A DNA stretch of 63,599 bases, filler included, from Asterionella formosa (GCA_002256025.1; 6 parts of 6 records of this genome joined end to end with filler, not necessarily neighbours in it), one strand, 5' to 3'. Counted from the whole stretch's first letter, positions 22,683 to 34,065 are shown. The notes: generated from the sequence alone by a model not told the origin. A program made the numbers and translations.

Positions 22683-24158
22683 ATGACTGAGAACGGCTGT
22701 CATGTGGTTACTGCTGTTACTGCTGATTGTGATGAGGATCAAAGATTCACAAATTCGGACACTGATGATCCAATTTCTGTTGAATTGAAGAAACTGATCG
22801 GTGCCAAAGAATCGTCGTATGCAGCAACACTTCTTTCCGAATTGGTCCTCATGGCAGGTGTCCCCAAAGGACAAGTGACTATCGCCCAAGCAAATGGCAT
22901 AGTAGTGATCCTCAGGACCATGAGGGAGCATTCAGACCATTCTCTTGTACAAGAGCAGGGCTGTGGAGTTTTGAGGAAATTGGCATTTAAAGAAGAAAAT
23001 AGAGTCAGAATTGCTCAAGCTGGGGGCATCGACCTGATCCTTGATGCGATGCGGCGACACTCGGACAGTTTTGGTGTTCAAGAACAGGGTTGTGTTGCTT
23101 TAAATAATTTAGCTGTCAACAACAAGGATAATAAACTGAGAATTGCCGAAGCAGGCGGCATTGACGTGATACTTGCTGCAATGCAGAATCACTCAAATCA
23201 CTCCGGTATACAACTCGAGGGCTGCTGGACTATAAGCAATTTGGCAGTCAATACATCCAATCAAATCAAGATTTCAGAAAAAGGTGGGATAGATATGATA
23301 CTAACTGCCATGCAACATCACTCCACACATGCTGGCATCCAAGAGCATGGCTGTGCAGCTCTGTTCACCTTGGCAGCAGATACAAACACAAACAAGGTGA
23401 AAATTGCTGAAGCATGTGGAATAACTGTGATCCTCAATGCGATTCAACAGCACTCCAGCTGCTCTGGTGTCATTGAATATGGCTGTGCAGCACTGTGGAA
23501 TTTGGCTGTCAACATGGACAACCACTCAAAAATTGCACTGGAAAGTGATGTTATAGAAGTGGTAATTGATGCCATGCGTAAGCACCCCAATCACACTGGG
23601 GTCCAAGAGCGTGGCTGTGGGGCCCTTATGATTTTTGCCAATCGCAAAGAAAATCAATCTAGAATCGCAGCAGCAGGTGGTATAGCCGTAGTCCTAGACG
23701 CAATGCAGAAGCACCCAAATCACGCTGGAATCAGTACAAAGGGCTGTGGTGCACTACTGTCCTTGGCCATTGATAAAACCAACCAGCAGAAAATTGCAGA
23801 TGAAGGAGGAATAGAAACGATTCTTGGTGCCATGAGGAAGCACATTACTGATGCTGACGTTCAAGAGGGTGGTTGTGGGTCGCTACAGAACTTGGCGAAT
23901 AATGAGAACAACCAAGTGCGCATTGACGAAGCGGGTGGTGTTGAAGCGATTCTGAATGCCATGCAGGAGCACTTCTCTAACCCTGATGTCCAAGCTCAAG
24001 GTTGTGGGTCATTGTGGACATTGGCTCATAATGTTGACATCAAAGCCACCATTGTCAGTGCTGGTGGTGTTGAATTGATTCATGATGCAATGCAGAAACA
24101 CCACAAGCACTGTGGAGTCAATGTCTTGGGTGGTTTGGCATTGGTTGCGTTAGAGTAA
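22683..24158 (+). CDS. Armadillo-repeat protein (LRRK2 N-terminus/aardvark-like ARM array)
   Basis: About 10 repeats of ~43 aa of the type GGIxxILxAMxxH...VQExGCxALxNLA. First ATG at 22683. Confidence 0.9.
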   Translation: MTENGCHVVTAVTADCDEDQRFTNSDTDDPISVELKKLIGAKESSYAATLLSELVLMAGVPKGQVTIAQANGIVVILRTMREHSDHSLVQEQGCGVLRKLAFKEENRVRIAQAGGIDLILDAMRRHSDSFGVQEQGCVALNNLAVNNKDNKLRIAEAGGIDVILAAMQNHSNHSGIQLEGCWTISNLAVNTSNQIKISEKGGIDMILTAMQHHSTHAGIQEHGCAALFTLAADTNTNKVKIAEACGITVILNAIQQHSSCSGVIEYGCAALWNLAVNMDNHSKIALESDVIEVVIDAMRKHPNHTGVQERGCGALMIFANRKENQSRIAAAGGIAVVLDAMQKHPNHAGISTKGCGALLSLAIDKTNQQKIADEGGIETILGAMRKHITDADVQEGGCGSLQNLANNENNQVRIDEAGGVEAILNAMQEHFSNPDVQAQGCGSLWTLAHNVDIKATIVSAGGVELIHDAMQKHHKHCGVNVLGGLALVALE

Positions 24159-24307
24159 TGAAGCTGGTATGGTACACTCTAGGCTGACAAACACATTTTG
24201 GGATGAAATTTATATTCCATGGTCAAATCAACAAATAGTTAACTAATAAATAAATATTTAATCAATATGCATTACTAAGATCTTGTATGCACCCTTTACC
24301 GGGACTA

Positions 24308-24484
24308 TGGACCAATTCAGGGTTGACCTTGAATTTAAAAATATAATCACCTTGTATTGGGATCATGTGACAATAGTAGAGTACTGCCCGTCAAAACCCA
24401 ATACAAGGTGAACCATGTATTGGAATGGCGTATTACCTTGAATTCAAAAATATCAAAATAACAATACCTTGTATTGGAAAATGT
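24308..24484. repeat. Interspersed repeat with multiple (C)AATACAAGGT(G) motifs; second copy at 34833-34952
   Basis: ACCTTGTATTGG / CCAATACAAGGT in both orientations. The reverse complement of 34833-34952 aligns with this region. Confidence 0.6.
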
Positions 24485-25762
24485 TGTGATGCCGAATGCA
24501 ATGATGCCTCAATTTGGAGGATGAAAACTGGTTGAAAACATACCAAAAATTGCAAATCCATGTTTTTTAATTTCCTGTATTTCAAATTGATGAATGCGTG
24601 TCTCTTTGATAACAGTTTAGTAAACCAGTCGGATGACTTGTTTTCCCAATTATATTTAGGTTGAAACTAATCTGTCTTGCTAATTGTGCCATTTACTTCT
24701 GTAGGATTTGCTCACTCAATATTGGACCGTTTCGCTTGAAGTTGCTTGACTTAATGTCATTTTGCTTAAAGTTGGCTTGCTGTTGGCTTAAAAAAAGTTT
24801 GCTTAGCGTGGCAATTTTGCTCATTGTGTGATGTCACCACTTTAACGCAACTGCCATCACATCCACCTAATATAATGATAAAATGGGTAGACACAACAAG
24901 AATGAAGGTAGATCATTTTCCTCACCATGGAGTGACATAGGCAGCTACCGCCCAGTATGTACATTTGAACTGCGGGTTATGTTTGTCCAGTTTAAGAAAA
25001 ATATGAATTAAGGCCTATATTTATCCTAGTTTAAGCAAAATAGCTAAAGTAGATTTGCTTAATCTTGTTTTGCTTAAAATAGAGTCCATTGGCTTCAACT
25101 AAAGTACTAGCCCTTCAGTAGTGTAGTACTTCAATCCTACTAAATGATAATTCATCGAAATCTGTTTTTTCCGAATTATCTGAAAATAAAGCGGCTGGTG
25201 GGCATCAGCCATCAGAAGTTTCAAATTAGTAGGTGTGATTTCTCAATGGCTGCCAAGTCGGGACTTATCTGTCAGTCCTGGGAATGAATAACACAAAGAA
25301 GCAAAATTGCTGCAATTTGCAGTTCTAGACTACTTTATACTATACCTAATAGCTAACATGTGGATGAAGCTAAAAATAAACCCCCTCTTAAATTTATATT
25401 AGATATTGTTGTGTAGTCGCACTGTGGCCCAGAAGGCCCGCCTTAGATCTACCTTTTGGCAACGCCATTCCGGTAAAAAGCGATTGCATGCTGGTGTTAA
25501 AGGTTCATAAAAGCAACATCATCGCCCGAAGAAAACACACCATTCACGAATGACAACAATATATCAAATTTTCAACTTGCGCTTTCCCGGGTTATCTACA
25601 GTAATGTGTAGGAGGAAGAACTCGGCAATATCACCTGCTGACCACCACAGCAGGAGATGTTTCTGAATTTCGTATCTATAAATTATATTCTCTGCTCTGC
25701 AGTATTTACAATGTATTAATTTCCATTCCAGTACGTAATCCATAACCCACCGGCTGCATGTA

Positions 25763-25972
25763 TATACCGGTATATCAATTGCTTCACGGATTAGAGTGTC
25801 CTAATTTGTCCTAATATCACATGTATGGCATGAATTTACCGGTATATCAATTGCTTCACGGCTTAGAGTATCCTAATTTGTCCTAACATTACTGATATCG
25901 CATTTATTTATATCAATTGCTTCACGGATCAGAGCGTCCTAATTTGTCCTAATATTGCAGGTATTGCAATTT
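25763..25972. repeat. Tandem repeat, 3 x ~70 bp
   Basis: TATATCAATTGCTTCACGG..AGAG..TCCTAATTTGTCCTAA occurs three times. Confidence 0.9.
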
Positions 25973-26019
25973 AGAACCAACCTTGCCCCTAATGTACATG
26001 GTACCCTGGTACCTGCAGC

Positions 26020-26106
26020 CAAGTTGCGGTAATTGTGCTGAAACTAATAGTTTCGCTATCTTTATCTTATATTCAATTGTTTTTTAAGCCAAATGACCGC
26101 AACTTG
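26020..26106. mobile_element. MITE family A, copy 3 (opposite orientation)
   Basis: CAAGTTGCGGTAATT...AAATGACCGCAACTTG followed by CTG, adjacent to GGTACCCTGGTACC. Confidence 0.8.
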
Positions 26107-27014
26107 CTGGTATTTAAAGGGACTCTTTTGTAAACCCCCCCCCCCCATTTCTTTTGGTAGCCCGTAATAAACAGAAATAAATACCGGTAATATAACAAAA
26201 AACGACATCCTCTTTCTTGCTTCGAAACATACCAGTAAAAAGTGGGATAAATGTAAAGAAAGATGTGAAAAGAAATACCGGTATGCATTTAATGGTGCTG
26301 CTCCTCACAATGGTAAACATGTTAAACGCCAACTGCAAGCGCCAGAGATTCTTGATTTCGATGACCACGATTCCTCATATCACTATCAAATTATCATTTC
26401 ACCAATTTTTTTCATGAAAGACTATGGGCGAGAGAAAGACTCCGAAAAAACTTCTATGTAAAGGTAAATTCTTAAATTTTCCCATTCTGCTATGGTCCGC
26501 TCTTACTGGTTTGATGAAATCTAGTTTGAAAAGAATTCAGTACATAGAATCAAGAAATAGAAGAGGATGATGATAAATTGACGGGAAGATAAGAGGCCAA
26601 AGCTTTCAAATCATTCGCCCATTCTGCAGTTCAACAAATGTGGTGAAAAATTTAGAGTAGTAGAAATAAAGCTAAGATTTTAAGACACGGATAATGGGAT
26701 CATGACATTGACACTTTCGCTGATAGCGAGGACACCAGTCTAAATATACGATAATATACGTTGCAATAATGGTTTCAGTAGACTAATGAAACCAACAATA
26801 AAATGACATCGATTTTCTGATCGATTGAAAACATTAATCTCCAAACGAGCTTTGATGTTGGTGGTCTTCATAAGACCACCCAGCCTGCCAAATCGTTCAA
26901 TTATGAATGCCGCTTGCTGTGTACAGCGTTTGCCGAAAACATTTCATATTCTCGGCCTTTGCAACGATGAACGAATTTTTGTAACTTTCAATTGTGAAAT
27001 TGCAGGTAAACATT

Positions 27015-28883
27015 TCACATACTACCTTTGAGATTTTGAAGCGATGCCACTCCTTGTTTTGGATAGAATCGAGCCACAAAAGTTCGATCCCAGTAGGGAA
27101 ATGGTCCTGTTTCTTCTTTCGATATACGATGAAAGGTATACCGAAACATTTCGATTCGAATGTATTGCGGTCGTTCCCCATTCCATGGATCCTTAATCAA
27201 TAGCTTCATGACTTTCTCATCCCCTTCCAATAGCTTTTGAAGCAAAGCATAGATCCATGGGCTATTGTCAATACTACCAATACACGCTGCAATCCATAGT
27301 TGCCAGTCTAGTCTAAAATGATAGGGACTGATCCATCTGGGTGGTCTCATGACGTCCCCCGGCTTGACAGGAAAATCATACTCCCGCCATTCTCCCGCTA
27401 GATCCATGGCGGATGAAATGATGAGTTCCTTGCGTACTTCTTCCACGACACCAAAGGCCCCATATGTATTGACCAATCGCAAGGGATCAAAGGATCCATT
27501 CATAATTTGACGCCGGCTGCAGAGGTTGCGAACAACAGGGACACTGAGTCCAGCAATAGCAAGGCCGAAGGCCCAGGATACCACTTTTCTCATAAATGGA
27601 ACTCCTACATTCCTAGCCGTAAAATCTGCCATTACAGCTTTCACGTTCATGGATTTGGGAAACAATCTACCCCAAATGGCATCGTCCAAACACAAAATAG
27701 CAGGCACAGCTGTCAACCAGTTGAGAAAGGATAGATTTCCGGAAGATATGAGTACGGCTTGAAAACATTGTTGTATGAATCCACCTGCTCGTCGACATTG
27801 TAGAGAAGGAAGTAACAACAACCATGGTGCCACAAGCTCTACAAAATGATTTGTTGCCACTTCAAATCCGTGCCACCACATGGGAGCCCAGTGAAAGTAT
27901 TTTGAAAATGGATTGGGTACTGGTTGTGTTTCATAAAAATAGTTCATGGCAGTAAAATCTCTCCATTTCTTGTCGGAAGCTTTTATTTTGATCAAACCTG
28001 CCCCAATCATAATGCGAAAGAGCATCCAACGCATGGTAAATAGTACCAAGGGAGGCGGTGCCATGACAAATCTATCTAGAGATAGGAATGGTACCATGAA
28101 CAAGGCATGAAATCCAAGCTCTGCCAATTGCGGTTCCCACCCATACGCATACCAAGGTCCCCCGACGGCCCAAAGCGATCGCTGGCAAATGTATGGAATG
28201 AGTAGTAGTGGAACATTGGCAGCTCCTGTGAGTAGCATAGCGCTACTTGCCGCTAATCCCACAGCGGCAATTCCATCTAGCCAAGGATCTAATTTGCTTC
28301 TGTCCTTGGCCATCCATAGAATGGTCGTAACGGGACGTCCTATTTTGTCGGTACGGTCCCACAGTAGATTATTGATGGTCGTTTCAATCTTCGTGACTAG
28401 CTGTTGCAACATGTTGATATTCAATGCACCCCTTGTAGGATCACTCGTCTGCATCCACTCCTTGCGTTTTTGTCTCGTGATTTGAGCTCTCCGATCTGCA
28501 GCATCCAGAACCTGTTTGGCCGGTGTCATACCTGTATCGCCAATAAGAGCTTTATTTTGATGCCATGCTATTGTAAATGCCGTGGAGTACACCAAGGCTA
28601 GGGCCCGGATAAAGACAATTCGCGACAGGTAGAAAGTGGGTTGTGTTTGTTCCAGGGACAGATGAAGCGCTGAGCCTTCTCTGGAAGTATAGTATCTTTG
28701 TTGTGTCAAGAGGGATAATCCCCATACCCCAGCGTTGTCATAATCTTCCTTCGGACTGGGTGGTGATGGCCGTATTATTTGCTTTGTCGGTACAAAGGCG
28801 CTTGCGCTTGATAATCCAGGATCGACGATTCCTACCCACAATAGAAGTGTCGTGCAAATACCGGTAGTCATGTAGCGATTCAT
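27015..28883 (-). CDS. Lipase maturation factor (LMF1/2 family) with bipartite plastid-type presequence
   Basis: LMF motifs YGWEPQLAELGF, WMLFRIMIGAGLIKIK, YFYETQPVPNP, SGNLSFLNWLT, VNTYGAFG, SPYHFRLDWQLW. N-terminal hydrophobic signal followed by SASA-FVP. Confidence 0.92.
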   Translation of the reverse strand: MNRYMTTGICTTLLLWVGIVDPGLSSASAFVPTKQIIRPSPPSPKEDYDNAGVWGLSLLTQQRYYTSREGSALHLSLEQTQPTFYLSRIVFIRALALVYSTAFTIAWHQNKALIGDTGMTPAKQVLDAADRRAQITRQKRKEWMQTSDPTRGALNINMLQQLVTKIETTINNLLWDRTDKIGRPVTTILWMAKDRSKLDPWLDGIAAVGLAASSAMLLTGAANVPLLLIPYICQRSLWAVGGPWYAYGWEPQLAELGFHALFMVPFLSLDRFVMAPPPLVLFTMRWMLFRIMIGAGLIKIKASDKKWRDFTAMNYFYETQPVPNPFSKYFHWAPMWWHGFEVATNHFVELVAPWLLLLPSLQCRRAGGFIQQCFQAVLISSGNLSFLNWLTAVPAILCLDDAIWGRLFPKSMNVKAVMADFTARNVGVPFMRKVVSWAFGLAIAGLSVPVVRNLCSRRQIMNGSFDPLRLVNTYGAFGVVEEVRKELIISSAMDLAGEWREYDFPVKPGDVMRPPRWISPYHFRLDWQLWIAACIGSIDNSPWIYALLQKLLEGDEKVMKLLIKDPWNGERPQYIRIEMFRYTFHRISKEETGPFPYWDRTFVARFYPKQGVASLQNLKGSM

Positions 28884-29819
28884 CGTTGGTGATCTAGTGT
28901 GTACATTACCTCCTCGATGATGTGTCTTTCCATAATGATCCTATCATTGTAACACAAGATATTCACTGATCACATAAAATTGCTACTGGCACTATGAAAC
29001 CTGGTACCAGGTACCGGAATACAACCAGTAATACTGACACCAGAACATTTTCATAAGCGACATGATCACACAAGGACGTTCTTCGCTACCGGTATTCTAC
29101 CGTTATTTTACCCTTGAGATAATCTAGTAATGGTATCTTACGGACCAGGGCACTTGGAGTACCGGGTACCTGGTACCAGGGTACCAGGTGCTATATTTTA
29201 TAAGGATACAAACGTATGATAACACGCATCAAGGAACAATTCAAATGCTTACTTGTCATGTATCTGTACTTGAATATATACATATATAAATTCCTTGCCA
29301 CGACCACCATAACAGAGCTAAATATATCAATGAAAACAGATATTTAATATCCAGAGAAGCTTTGAAAGACACAGTACAGCCATACAGGAGAGACGTGTTC
29401 GTACGTATTCATGGTTGACATTACTTGGTACGTCGTTTCCTCGTCGCCTTTCGACTATAAGGATTTCGTGTACCGTTACCCTGGTACCTGGTACTAGCCA
29501 TATAGCTGGTGACATGTACCAGGTACCAGTACCTTACATAAGGATGTGAAGGTCATATGTCACTGCATGCGTAGAGGAAGGATGCCATATTATCTACCGT
29601 ATGTAGCGGTAGAGTCTTATTCTAGTATGGAGTACTGGTACATGGTGTGCCTGGTATATCATTGATACATTTTTCCTTCCTCGCTTTTGTTCTCACAAAA
29701 AATGGGGATAGATCACTCTTGGTTTCGTCCACCATTTTACGCACGCATATCATAAGTACAGCTTTAGGCGCTCGCCACTAGATTTCACCACAAGGGAACA
29801 GCCACCAACCAGCATCACC

Positions 29820-31208
29820 ATGCCTGATCCCATCGGCCCAAATGATATTGTGATTGTGCAAGGAAACTATCTCGTCAAGCAATCTGACGGATCCAGATTT
29901 CTGATGAAGGGAATCGCCTTTCCTGTCTCCACTGCAGAGGATTCCTACAACGTCAAGGGGTGGCAGGACGTTCTCTATCAATTGCACGAGACAGCCCCAC
30001 AAATCAATACCGTTCGTATGTACGATATGGATCCTACTTTGGACTATTCGGCCTTTTTCCATGCGGCCGCGGCTCTCGGCATTTACGTCTTGGTCCCGCT
30101 CACGTCAGCGGCGGGGGCGGGAGTGTTGGACCGGACCCAAGCCGCTCCCAATTGCTATTCTCCCGCACTGTTCTCGTACGGCAAGGCGTGTATTGACAAC
30201 TTTGGGAGGTATCCCAATGTCTTGGCTGGAGTGATTGCCAATGAGGTCATGAACTCCTTGGAAACTTGGAAGGCAGCTCCGTGCGTATTGGCCTATTCGC
30301 GAGACTTGAAATTGTACAGTCGCCGAATTCCCCTCTTGTACTCGGCTCAGCATGACAGTATTGGAGCTGCCGTAAGTGCATCGCAAGCCATGAAGGTCAC
30401 TATGGACTACTTGACCTGTCATGGCAATGAGTCGTCGATTGATATCTTTGGCATCAACATTGAATCGTGGTGCTCGTCCACTCAAGAATATCTTTTTAAT
30501 CCCGATGGATCAATCGGTACGTACCGAGCCGTGCATGAAGAGTTATCAAATGCAACTAGGCCAATTGTCTTTTCAGAAATGGGATGCTCCTTGTCGGAAT
30601 TCAACAAGGACAATGGATTGGCCCGGGGGGCTCGAGATTGGTCCCAAATTTCGATTGTGTTGGGCGACGAAATGGTGGATTCGTGGTCTGGATTTTGTGC
30701 GTATGCCTACGATGGGAATGTTAATTTTAATATGATGCGAGGTGGTCCTTGGAATGGAGAGTGTGTGTTGGAACCTGCGAAGGATTATGATAATTTTGTG
30801 CAGGCTTTGAGTCAAGTCGATACTGCCCCAATCTTTGTTCCCGAAAATTATACGTTACAACATTTTTCAAAATCTTCCTGCGAAAATGTGGCAGCAAAAT
30901 TGCTAGACTGTTGCGAATTAACCTTACTATCTGTTGATGATATCCCATCCCATGCCAGTAATCACTCCATCCCTGACTATACGAATCCGAAATTGGTAAA
31001 ACATCATGATCAGTGGCCCATGTATATGGTTGGTGTTGTTGCTTTGTTATATGCACTATTACAATGCATTGGGGTACAGCGACGAAAGAATGTTGCACTT
31101 GCCTCGATGCTGCCACATCAAGCTGAAATCAGTAGCAATGGATATCATGCTCAGCAGCAAGAAATGAAAGCAACATACCAGTACCAGGCCATCAACAACT
31201 CAAACTAG
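29820..31208 (+). CDS. GH72 beta-1,3-glucanosyltransferase (Gas/Gel family) with C-terminal TM helix
   Basis: RFLMKGIAF, INTVRMY, GIYVLVPL, catalytic ANEV and SEMGC, DIFGINIESWC, WSGFCAYAY. C-terminal hydrophobic helix followed by QRRK. No signal peptide is visible in this ORF. Confidence 0.88.
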   Translation: MPDPIGPNDIVIVQGNYLVKQSDGSRFLMKGIAFPVSTAEDSYNVKGWQDVLYQLHETAPQINTVRMYDMDPTLDYSAFFHAAAALGIYVLVPLTSAAGAGVLDRTQAAPNCYSPALFSYGKACIDNFGRYPNVLAGVIANEVMNSLETWKAAPCVLAYSRDLKLYSRRIPLLYSAQHDSIGAAVSASQAMKVTMDYLTCHGNESSIDIFGINIESWCSSTQEYLFNPDGSIGTYRAVHEELSNATRPIVFSEMGCSLSEFNKDNGLARGARDWSQISIVLGDEMVDSWSGFCAYAYDGNVNFNMMRGGPWNGECVLEPAKDYDNFVQALSQVDTAPIFVPENYTLQHFSKSSCENVAAKLLDCCELTLLSVDDIPSHASNHSIPDYTNPKLVKHHDQWPMYMVGVVALLYALLQCIGVQRRKNVALASMLPHQAEISSNGYHAQQQEMKATYQYQAINNSN

Positions 31209-31770
31209 TATCATTTGTGGCTTGTGAATGGTAAATTGCAATTTTGCGACTTTCCAGACTCCTGCTGCTGCCAACACAGTTTTGGGGTTGTTCTATTATT
31301 GAAATTGGGGTGGACTGAATGATATGCAGTGATTAGGTTTGTGAGTATATGTACAACAAGTAAAAGTGAGTAAACTATAGACTATATATTAATGGTCTTT
31401 AAAGTTACATCATTGTAACATTGAACTTTCCAGGCTACAGCCTTGTTCTTCATTAAGCCTATGTTGGCAGTCTGTAGTGCTGCTACTGAAACCCTCCTCA
31501 TATATACCTTGCAAGTTTTGACAATGCCACAACTGTAACCACCTCAAAGTACACTGGATGGTCAATCATCTTTTTGTGACAGTGACTACTTTCCCTCCTC
31601 CACCACCACCACCTTTGCTACTTCCAATCATATGTCATCATCTTCAGTTTTCTTAATATTGGCAAATTAAAAAAACTCAACTGCCTGTACTACTTTGGCC
31701 ATGACCCATTGAGATCAATTTCTAGCTGTTGTATATATCTTTTGACAATAGCCTTCAATGAGACGTCGAA

Positions 31771-31870
31771 NNNNNNNNNNNNNNNNNNNNNNNNNNNNNN
31801 NNNNNNNNNNNNNNTTAATTAATTAANNNNNNNNNNNNNNNNNNNNNNNNNNNNNNNNNNNNNNNNNNNN
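31771..31870. other. Artificial scaffold-joining linker
   Basis: N44-TTAATTAATTAA-N44. Confidence 0.98.
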
Positions 31871-32090
31871 TAAGAGAAAGATCCGAAACCTTTACTCCTG
31901 GAAGATCCACGGATAATTGAAATGAATTTGCTGTTTCAGCGACAGTGTGGTCTCGGAAAGCTGCAGCATTACTATGATGAAAAGGAGAGCAAGATTGATC
32001 TGTCTGCTGACAAGCTCTGGCGGCAGAGGCTCGAGCGAACAAGTCATTCATGACGACTTGTTGGGGTTTATGGTAAGATATGATTGGCAT
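31871..32090 (-). CDS. Small heat-shock protein (HSP20), 3'-truncated by scaffold end
   Basis: ETANSFQLSVDLPGVKVSDLSL is the start of an alpha-crystallin domain. Confidence 0.75.
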
Positions 32091-32811
32091 TTGGTTCTTT
32101 TGACTGTCGATACTTCGTTTCTGTTTACGAAATTGTGAGCTGAGAACTTCAAGGCATTATCACCGGGTGTACTCTAGGACGGTCTTCGAAGGTATCGAAT
32201 TCCCATTTTCCCATACACCAGTACATAATGAAGTATGATATCGGTTCAGAGCTTGTTTCTAGCCTGTGAGCGGAAATAAATTGTTTGACAGAATTTCTAA
32301 GATTTTGTTATCGAGCGAAACTCTTCGAAGCGCGACGATCCTTGCTACTAATTTAGTGCTCACGGATGTCGCGAAATGAGTACATGGTACCTGTTACCAA
32401 TATATTTTTTGGTTGACCGAAAGCCCGGAAACTGCTTATGATAAATCACATTGTCAAAATGGAGATGACGATCGCCATTTTCGTCCTAGATAATAGTAAT
32501 TCATTATCCCCTTTTTCGGATAGCTATGCTCAATCATATCATTACTTAGCTCTAGAGTGTGAGCTACCAGGTACTATTGTAATGACTCATACCTAGTGAA
32601 ATCCAAAATTTTATATATTTAACGCAAAGACTCGATTCGGTTGAGTCAAAGCACGAGAAAACTACTACATAGGGAAATGTATATGCAAAAAATATATAAA
32701 AATAGTTTAAATTAGATAAATTTTGCTTTGCTGTACTGTTACCGACATTACGGTAGTCTTGTCTACTGGTAATGGCAATGCAATTGTTTCATGATGGCTC
32801 ATTTGCTATTG

Positions 32812-32845
32812 CTGGTACCTGGTACCTGGTACCTGGTACCTGGTA
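32812..32845. repeat. (TACCTGG)n array
   Basis: CTGGTACCTGGTACCTGGTACCTGGTACCTGGTA. Confidence 0.9.
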
Positions 32846-33683
32846 GGTACATACAGTCTATTCGCTCATCAGCATGCTCTGAAGGCATCCCGTTGTAAAT
32901 ACCTGGTATGGTACAGGGTACGGGTACCTGATAAAGAGAATGAAGTCAATGAACCATCACAGTTTATACTTACATATTGGTATATTGTACCAGTATACTC
33001 CTTCAGCCATGTTAGTTTCCAATACTTCTGTTAATAATTATAACTCTATAATAGGAATGGATTCCTTCCTGTCACCCAGTAATGGAGTGAATTAGCAAGG
33101 GCCTGTTTCACTTAGTTTCAGAAACTCCTGGATTCTTTTCTATCCACCATAGCTGCTCATCTACCTTAAGGGAAACTTTAAGAGTGCACAAATATGCCTG
33201 TCAATCCCCAACTCAGCATTACTAGCAAGCAACTGGTTAAGTGATTTTTTACCTGCCTCATCCTTGTTGTCACTTGCATTGCCATAATTGCTAACAACAT
33301 TATGTTGCCATTGCAAGAATGACAAGACAAAACCATACTGTGCATATTTACCTACTTGTTTTAATAAATAAACTAATTTATTAATCGCTTTGAAACTACT
33401 CTACTGCTAGTAGGGGAGCTCGCGTAGCGCTTCCTGGCGTTACCAGCCTTGGTTTTCTGGAAGACTAACCATCCCGATATCAGGAGCCCAACAGCCATTG
33501 TGATTTTTGGCGCTGGAACGCAGGGAAAAGGGTGGATACACTCCCTCGAGGGGAAGTTGGACAATTTTGCTTTCTTGATGGCAGTGTTTCTTTGGTGCTG
33601 TAATATTAATCAGTCTCCCGTCGTCTTTAACGAACCAGGAAGAAATTGGATAACTTAGTTTGAACTTCATGTAAGCAAGCTGC

Positions 33684-34065
33684 ATATTACATCTAAGCCG
33701 CGTATTATGTGAAGCGACCTTCACATAAATAAGCCTAGTTGATTTTGAATGAATCACATGAAGTAGTTGAATACACCAACATGCTTATTTGAATATATCT
33801 ATATATTATCTCAATACATCACATTAATTATTTGATCAGAGTATCATGCATGCATTCCTGATCATCACTATATTACATCTAAGCCGCATATTACGTAAGT
33901 GACCTTCACCTAAATAAGGCTACCGGTAGTTGATTTTTAATGGATCACATGAATAAGTTGAATAAATCAAAATGCTTACTTGAATATCTATATATCATCT
34001 GAATACATCACGTTAATTATTTGATCAGAGTATCATGCATGCATTCCTGATCATCACTATATTAC
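33684..34065. repeat. Tandem duplication, 2 x ~186-190 bp, followed by ~22-bp TTCACGTAATT repeats (34105-34250)
   Basis: ATATTACATCTAAGCCGC...GATCAGAGTATCATGCATGCATTCCTGATCATCACT starts at 33684 and again at 33870. Confidence 0.9.

Noticed and set aside
3488..24158. Apparent immune gene cluster (TPR, CHAT-STAND, ARM proteins)
   Set aside because: The three genes are on three different concatenated scaffolds, so there is no physical linkage.
32140..32335. Heat-shock elements upstream of HSP20
   Set aside because: GAA/TTC words are present but not in canonical nGAAnnTTCn triple spacing.
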